Below, one piece after another: positions 58,953 through 64,000 of a stretch of 64,000 bases of DNA. Position 1 is the stretch's first letter. Each line of letters opens with the position of its first letter. The notes beneath the pieces are model-generated. The model was not told where the DNA came from. It saw only the letters and a program-made list of their open reading frames with translations, and did no database searches. The translations under genes were made by a program, and so were the position numbers. The stretch covers positions 124,001-188,000 of the forward strand of contig NZ_MWQY01000005.1 of assembly GCF_002087085.1 (NCBI RefSeq). The letters are read 5' to 3'.

Positions 58953-58983
58953 AATCCCGGCACATAGGTGCCGGGATTTTATT
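58953..58983 (+). terminator. Stem-loop/terminator after tctC
   Basis: AATCCCGGCAC-ATAG-GTGCCGGGATT followed by TTATT. Confidence 0.75.
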
Positions 58984-58987
58984 GTAT

Positions 58988-59136
58988 GGGAAATTCTAAA
59001 AACGTGGTATTTTTTCCATAGTCAAGGATGCAGGATTTGTTAGCCCCCGGAAACCCTTGTGATAACAAGAGTCGGGGGCCGTGGAAAATCTTGACGAAGC
59101 AGAATATGTGGAAAAGAGCAGATTTTAGAAATGCCC
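58988..59136 (+). repeat. 149-bp self-complementary intergenic element, copy B (MITE-like or structured RNA)
   Basis: Terminal inverted repeats GGGAAATTCTAAAAAC / GATTTTAGAAATGCCC (13/16), flanked by TAT on both sides. Homologous to 1817-1965. Confidence 0.85.
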
Positions 59137-59177
59137 TATAATGACACCAGCTCAAACAGAAAAGAGGGAGCAGTACA

Positions 59178-59648
59178 GTGTTCAAGAAAGCTGAAATAGT
59201 ATTTGGAGGAGCTGCCATCCTGTTCGCCCTCCTGTTTTTCATTCTGGCAGGCGATTTCCCTGGCGCCAGAGGCCATGATGTAGGTATGGCCTTTTATCCC
59301 AGGGTACTCAGTGTCCTCATTATCGTTCTCTCCTTTATTGTAATTTTTCAGGGAATAACAAGAAAGGAGACAGAAACAGAAAGCACGGGGACTCTTTTTT
59401 ATACGGAGGACAATGGTGTACGGCGGGTTGTACTGCTGATACTGGCAACCTTGATTTATCCGTTCCTTCTTCAATATGCCGGGTTCCTTATCCTTACACC
59501 GGTGTATCTCGGATTCCTGATGTGGGTTATCGGCGCCGGCAAAATACCCAGGATATTGCTGCTTTCCGTTCTTACCACTGTCTTAATCTATGTCATTTTT
59601 CAGCGTATGTTGAAAATCCCCCTGCCTACGGGTCTCTTCTACAACTGA
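59178..59648 (+). CDS. tctB: TTT small membrane subunit
   Basis: Four to five TMs, GMAFYP, YAGF, IFQRMLKIPLPTG. Confidence 0.88.
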   Translation: MFKKAEIVFGGAAILFALLFFILAGDFPGARGHDVGMAFYPRVLSVLIIVLSFIVIFQGITRKETETESTGTLFYTEDNGVRRVVLLILATLIYPFLLQYAGFLILTPVYLGFLMWVIGAGKIPRILLLSVLTTVLIYVIFQRMLKIPLPTGLFYN

Positions 59649-59673
59649 CCTGTGAGCGGAGAGTGAGGAAAAT

Positions 59674-61161
59674 ATGGAAGCTATACTAAGCGGTCTGGAA
59701 CTACTCTTACAGCCCCTTCCTTTGCTGATGCTCTTTTCCGGTGTAATAGGCGGTATTGTCGTGGGAGCACTCCCCGGGCTGACCGCCACCATGGGGGTTG
59801 CCATTCTTGTCCCCTTTTCCTTTGGAATGGAACCGGTTCCGGGGCTTTTGATGCTCCTTGGACTCTACGCAGGAGCCATATACGGCGGTTCTGTGGCAGC
59901 CATTCTGATAAACACACCGGGAACCCCCTCGGCGGCTGCTACAATTCTGGACGGAACTCCTCTGTTTAACAAGGGCGAGGCCGGACGGGCAATCGGCATG
60001 GCGACCTTTGCATCGGTTTTCGGCGGTATAGGAAGCGCGATTTTTCTGGTAACCCTGGCTCCCCTTCTTTCGAGGTTCGCCCTTGCCTTCAGCGCACCGG
60101 AATATTTTGCCCTGGCGGTACTGGGAATAACGATCATCGGCAGTATATCCAGCGGTTCCCTTGCAAAAGGACTCCTGAGCGGGTGTATCGGTCTTATAAT
60201 AGCCACCATCGGTATGGATCCTATTCAGGGATACACCCGATACACCTTCGGCACCGTCAACCTTATGGGAGGAGTTCCCTTCATACCCGCCCTGATCGGG
60301 CTCTTTGCCGTTTCCGAGGCCATAACGCAGTTTGAACGGCTCATTGAACCGATAAAGGAAGAAGTCAACCTGAAGAAACTTATTCCGAGTTTTTCCGATA
60401 TAAAACGGGTTATGCGGACCATGCTGAAGAGTACGGTTATCGGGACCTTCGTAGGGGCACTGCCCGGAGCAGGCGGCGATATCGCCTCCTTCGTCTGCTA
60501 CAACGAAGCCCAGAGAAGCTCCAAACATCCGGAAACCTTCGGTACCGGAGAGATCGAAGGTGTCGCCGCGGCGGAAACGGGAAACAACGCATCCACCGGC
60601 GGAGCGCTTATTCCGACCCTGAGCCTTGGAGTTCCCGGAGACTCGGTTACAGCCATCATTATCGGCGCCCTGATGGTTCAGGGACTGCGGCCGGGTCCCC
60701 TGCTTTTCAGGGATCACCTGGATATCGTAAACGCCCTATTTATCGGCTTTATTGCGGCGAATGTATTTTTCGGCATCTTCGGCCTGATGATGGCAGGATT
60801 TCTCTCAAAACTGATTATGATTTCCAAAAGGTCCCTGATCCCGATCATCATGGTCCTGGCGATAGTCGGTTCCTTTGCCATGCAGAACAACATTTTCGAC
60901 ATCTTTCTGATGCTGCTCCTGGGAATCTTCGGTTATCTTGTACGCAAGATAAATGTCCCCCTGGGCCCGATCGTACTGGCCCTGATCCTCGGTCCCATGG
61001 TGGAGGAAAACTTCCGCAAGTCTCTGGTGATGTCCTACGGGGATTACTCGGTCTTTTTCGTACGCCCCATTTCTGCGGTGCTCCTTCTTCTCGCCCTGAT
61101 TTCGGTGATCACCACCATCGTCAGGGAACGAAAGGGAAAACACCTGCCCGGAACAGAATAG
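59674..61161 (+). CDS. tctA: TTT large permease
   Basis: GALPGL, YGGS, INTPGTP, GMDPIQG, AETGNNA, LGVPG, GLRPGP. Confidence 0.93.
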   Translation: MEAILSGLELLLQPLPLLMLFSGVIGGIVVGALPGLTATMGVAILVPFSFGMEPVPGLLMLLGLYAGAIYGGSVAAILINTPGTPSAAATILDGTPLFNKGEAGRAIGMATFASVFGGIGSAIFLVTLAPLLSRFALAFSAPEYFALAVLGITIIGSISSGSLAKGLLSGCIGLIIATIGMDPIQGYTRYTFGTVNLMGGVPFIPALIGLFAVSEAITQFERLIEPIKEEVNLKKLIPSFSDIKRVMRTMLKSTVIGTFVGALPGAGGDIASFVCYNEAQRSSKHPETFGTGEIEGVAAAETGNNASTGGALIPTLSLGVPGDSVTAIIIGALMVQGLRPGPLLFRDHLDIVNALFIGFIAANVFFGIFGLMMAGFLSKLIMISKRSLIPIIMVLAIVGSFAMQNNIFDIFLMLLLGIFGYLVRKINVPLGPIVLALILGPMVEENFRKSLVMSYGDYSVFFVRPISAVLLLLALISVITTIVRERKGKHLPGTE

Positions 61162-61176
61162 GGCCTTTCCCATCTT

Positions 61177-61869
61177 TCAGGGAATTCGCCTGAGGAGATG
61201 GGAAAGAACACCGACCAGGTGAGTTGACGCGACGGCAAGGAACTCCTGAAAATTTTTGGGAGCCCTGCCGTCCGCTGCGTCGGAAACAAAGCGAAGCACA
61301 AGAACCGGTACATTGTAGACCCTGGCTGTAAGGGCAACGGAAGCGCCTTCCATTTCCACAACAGCGCCATCCAGTTCACTGAAGAGTTTCTGCCTCAGGG
61401 GCGAGTCCCTGTCGGTCACGAAGGTGTCACCCGTGAGGACCCGTCCGAAGTGGACAGCATAATCCTCTCCCCGGTAGGACTCCATGATTCTCAGGAGCTC
61501 CGGGTCTCCCGGAATCTCCCTGTAGGGAGTAAACGGGATGGCCCCCACGGGATACCCGAGACCTCTGACATCCATGTCGTACTGCAGGCAGTCGGTGCCG
61601 ACCACAAGATCACCGATATTCAGCCCCTCCTTTATGCCCCCGGCAATGCCGGCAAAAATCAGACGTTCCGGTCTGTAGCGCATGATCAGTTCCGCAGCGC
61701 TGAGGGCGGAAAGGACCTTTCCTACCCCTGATTTGGCGATCACTACATCCTTTCCTTCAATCCGTCCCAGATGGTACTCCGTCAGGCTCCCCTTCTCTCT
61801 CCTGTCGCCCCCTGACGCTTCAACGAGGGCTTCAACTTCTTCGCGCATTGCACCGAGTATACCTGTCAT
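61177..61869 (-). CDS. mtnN: 5'-methylthioadenosine/S-adenosylhomocysteine nucleosidase
   Basis: GILGAMREE, SGVGKV, GIAGG, QYDMD, TGDTFV, VEMEGA, RFVSDAAD. Confidence 0.93.
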   Translation of the reverse strand: MTGILGAMREEVEALVEASGGDRREKGSLTEYHLGRIEGKDVVIAKSGVGKVLSALSAAELIMRYRPERLIFAGIAGGIKEGLNIGDLVVGTDCLQYDMDVRGLGYPVGAIPFTPYREIPGDPELLRIMESYRGEDYAVHFGRVLTGDTFVTDRDSPLRQKLFSELDGAVVEMEGASVALTARVYNVPVLVLRFVSDAADGRAPKNFQEFLAVASTHLVGVLSHLLRRIP

Positions 61870-61896
61870 GGAAATATCTCTCCTTCAGCATGCTGA

Positions 61897-61925
61897 TTGA
61901 AACTGAAATCATTGTCCGCTATACT
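61897..61925 (+). promoter_or_regulatory. Sigma-70 promoter of dapL
   Basis: TTGAAA-17 bp-TATACT. Confidence 0.65.
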
Positions 61926-61958
61926 TGTGGCTGAATCCAAACAACTTCAGGAAACAAT

Positions 61959-63173
61959 ATGATTACAGTAAACGAGCATTATAGCAAGCTTCAAGCCTCA
62001 TATCTTTTTGTTACCATCGCCCGCAAAATCAAGGATTTTCAGGAACAGCACCCGGACGTCGACCTTATCAAGCTGGGCATCGGTGATGTGACAAAACCCC
62101 TGCCGTCGGCCTGTATCGATGCCTTTAAAAAAGGGGTCGAGGAGATGGCGGATGAAAAGAGCTTTCGCGGATACGGCCCGGAACAGGGATACTCCTTTCT
62201 GCGGGAGGCCATAGCCCGGAACGATTTCAGGGACCTTGGAATCGAGGCGGAGGACATCTTCATTTCCGACGGAGCCAAGTGCGATACAGGAAACTTTCAG
62301 GAACTCTTTTCCACGAATTCCAGAGTAGCCATACCAGATCCGGTCTATCCGGTTTACGTCGATACCAATGTAATGGCCGGACGCAGCGGGGTCTGGAAGG
62401 ACGGGCGCTACGAGGGCCTCCATTACCTGGAAGCAAACTCGGAAAACGCCTTTATACCCGCTCCCCTGAATGAGAAGGTCGACCTGATCTATCTCTGTTT
62501 TCCCAACAATCCCACCGGTCAGGTCGCCAGCCATGATCAGCTGGCCCGGTGGGTCGAGTATGCCAGGGAAAACAAGGCCCTGATTCTTTTCGATGCGGCT
62601 TATGAAACCTTTATCCGCGACGACAGTCTCCCCAGGTCAATCTATGAAATACCCGGCGCACGGGAAGTGGCAGTTGAGTTCCGGAGTTTCTCGAAAACCG
62701 CGGGCTTTACCGGTACCCGCTGTGCCTTTACCGTCGTTCCCCGGGAGTGCCGGGCCTACACGAGCGACGGAGAAGCTGTCAATCTTCAGCCCATGTGGAA
62801 CCGCAGACATTCCACCAAGTTCAACGGCGTATCCTATCCCGTTCAGCGGGCTGCCGAGGCGGTCTACTCTCCGGAAGGAAAAAAGCAGGTACGGGAACTC
62901 TCGGACTACTACCTCGGAAATGCCGCCATAATCCGGAAAAACATGGAAGCCCTCGGATTTACCTGTATCGGCGGAGAGAACTCCCCCTACATATGGGTAG
63001 ACGGCAGAAGGGATTCCTGGGATTTCTTCGACCTGCTCCTGTCGGCAGGGGTGGTCGTTACCCCGGGGAGCGGTTTCGGACGCTGCGGCGAAGGCTATAT
63101 CCGCATAAGTGCCTTTAACGATCGGGAAAAGGTGCTGGCGGCCATGGAACGGATTAAATCCTCTCTGGCATGA
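61959..63173 (+). CDS. dapL: LL-diaminopimelate aminotransferase
   Basis: [54 protein letters not shown]. Confidence 0.95.
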   Translation: MITVNEHYSKLQASYLFVTIARKIKDFQEQHPDVDLIKLGIGDVTKPLPSACIDAFKKGVEEMADEKSFRGYGPEQGYSFLREAIARNDFRDLGIEAEDIFISDGAKCDTGNFQELFSTNSRVAIPDPVYPVYVDTNVMAGRSGVWKDGRYEGLHYLEANSENAFIPAPLNEKVDLIYLCFPNNPTGQVASHDQLARWVEYARENKALILFDAAYETFIRDDSLPRSIYEIPGAREVAVEFRSFSKTAGFTGTRCAFTVVPRECRAYTSDGEAVNLQPMWNRRHSTKFNGVSYPVQRAAEAVYSPEGKKQVRELSDYYLGNAAIIRKNMEALGFTCIGGENSPYIWVDGRRDSWDFFDLLLSAGVVVTPGSGFGRCGEGYIRISAFNDREKVLAAMERIKSSLA

Positions 63174-63177
63174 TAAA

Positions 63178-64000
63178 ATGAAGATACTGGATCCCCGTTT
63201 CGGTCTGTTCGTTGGTGACAGTGACTCCTGTGCCCTGGAGAGACTGAAATACGGCGAAAAGCTTCCCGGGAAAGGTTTCAGTCCTGAGGATTTGTCTCTT
63301 ATCCTCTCCCCTTCGGGTTGGCGCGGGGTCTTTGCATCATCGGAAGACGATGATTCCGGCGAACCGGCGGAGCGGATGCTCTGGGCGGCCCTGTCTATGG
63401 CAGGAGCCGCGGCGGAGTATTTTTCCGCCTTCAGCGGTAAACCCACAATTCTGGTGGGCTGCGATGCACGTCCCACGGGACCTGCAATCTGCGAGATATT
63501 CTTAAGGGTCTTTCTGGCCCTGGGGATTCCCTGCGAATACCTCTTTATAACTCCGGCCCCGGAAATAATGGCCGCAGCACGAAACAGGCGGGAGTGCGGC
63601 GGATTCTGTTACATCAGCGCGAGCCATAACCCCATCGGTCACAACGGGGTAAAACTCGGCAGACAGGACGGCGGGGTACTTCCCGGAATCGAGGCGGCGC
63701 CGATTATCCAGCGAGTTAAGGATATCCTCGCTTCCCCGGAGGAACTCGACAGACTGCGTGAATCAGCCGATGGAGCGGATTCGCGCAATCTGGAAGCCCT
63801 CTTTCAGCAGGTCTCGGACGCCCAGAACAGGGCGTCCCGGATCTATTCCGCGTTTTCCGGCAGCGTTGTGTTCGATACATATCCGGATAAAAAATCTGCC
63901 CTGCAGGAATCCCTCAAAAAGATGCCCCTTGGAGTCGTGGGAGAGCTGAACGGCAGCGCCCGGGGAGTCTCCATCGACCGGGAATTTATGGAAGACCTGG
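63178..64000 (+). CDS. Phosphohexomutase (PGM/PMM) family protein, 3'-truncated; absent from the ORF track
   Basis: Manual translation from ATG 63178 gives LSPSGWRGVF, GCDARPTG and catalytic ISASHNPIGHNGVK; the frame appears open to the window end. Confidence 0.85.
   Translation, partial: MKILDPRFGLFVGDSDSCALERLKYGEKLPGKGFSPEDLSLILSPSGWRGVFASSEDDDSGEPAERMLWAALSMAGAAAEYFSAFSGKPTILVGCDARPTGPAICEIFLRVFLALGIPCEYLFITPAPEIMAAARNRRECGGFCYISASHNPIGHNGVKLGRQDGGVLPGIEAAPIIQRVKDILASPEELDRLRESADGADSRNLEALFQQVSDAQNRASRIYSAFSGSVVFDTYPDKKSALQESLKKMPLGVVGELNGSARGVSIDREFMEDL

Noticed and set aside
58979..59242. 87-aa minus ORF across the 149-bp element (and the 64-aa ORF 1653-1847 touching copy A)
   Set aside because: The reading frames are not shared between the two copies and both overlap real genes in antisense.

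Overview
About 64 kb of chromosome that looks like a free-living spirochaete (Spirochaetaceae). This is inferred from gene order and from short spirochaete-type signal peptides on the binding proteins. Bases 1-44,400 are mostly core genes. On the plus strand: proA-proB; rpsF-ssb-rpsR-rplI-dnaB; recA-folK-scpA-scpB-rluB-cmk-rpsA; then a GAF/sigma-54 activator, a TPR protein, a CHASE2 adenylyl cyclase, a lipoprotein and mazG. A long minus-strand run holds YkgJ, an MBL hydrolase, a 1426-aa barrel/Ig-repeat/OmpA protein, mltG-dnaG-rpoD, a zinc-ribbon protein, rnpB, a TPR protein, mreBCD-mrdA-rodA and a radical SAM protein. tRNA-Tyr, ybaK, a CapA-family lipoprotein, an M48 peptidase and a small basic Zn-ribbon protein follow. 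Bases 44,484-61,161 form an accessory catabolic locus, probably for a sugar acid: a FadR-type regulator, two SDRs, an atypical transaldolase/FSA-fold enzyme, an IolO-like epimerase, a 2-hydroxyacid dehydrogenase, TRAP and TTT transporters sharing a near-identical 25-bp promoter/operator, and an embedded GldAFG-like/DUF4340 ABC module. The window ends with mtnN, dapL and a truncated phosphohexomutase. Most notable: two diverged, gap-free, self-complementary 149-bp intergenic elements 57 kb apart; the unassigned sugar-acid regulon; the envelope-spanning giant protein; and a possible unannotated ribosomal protein. No CRISPR array, transposase, integrase or phage genes were seen. All calls are by eye; no database searches were run.
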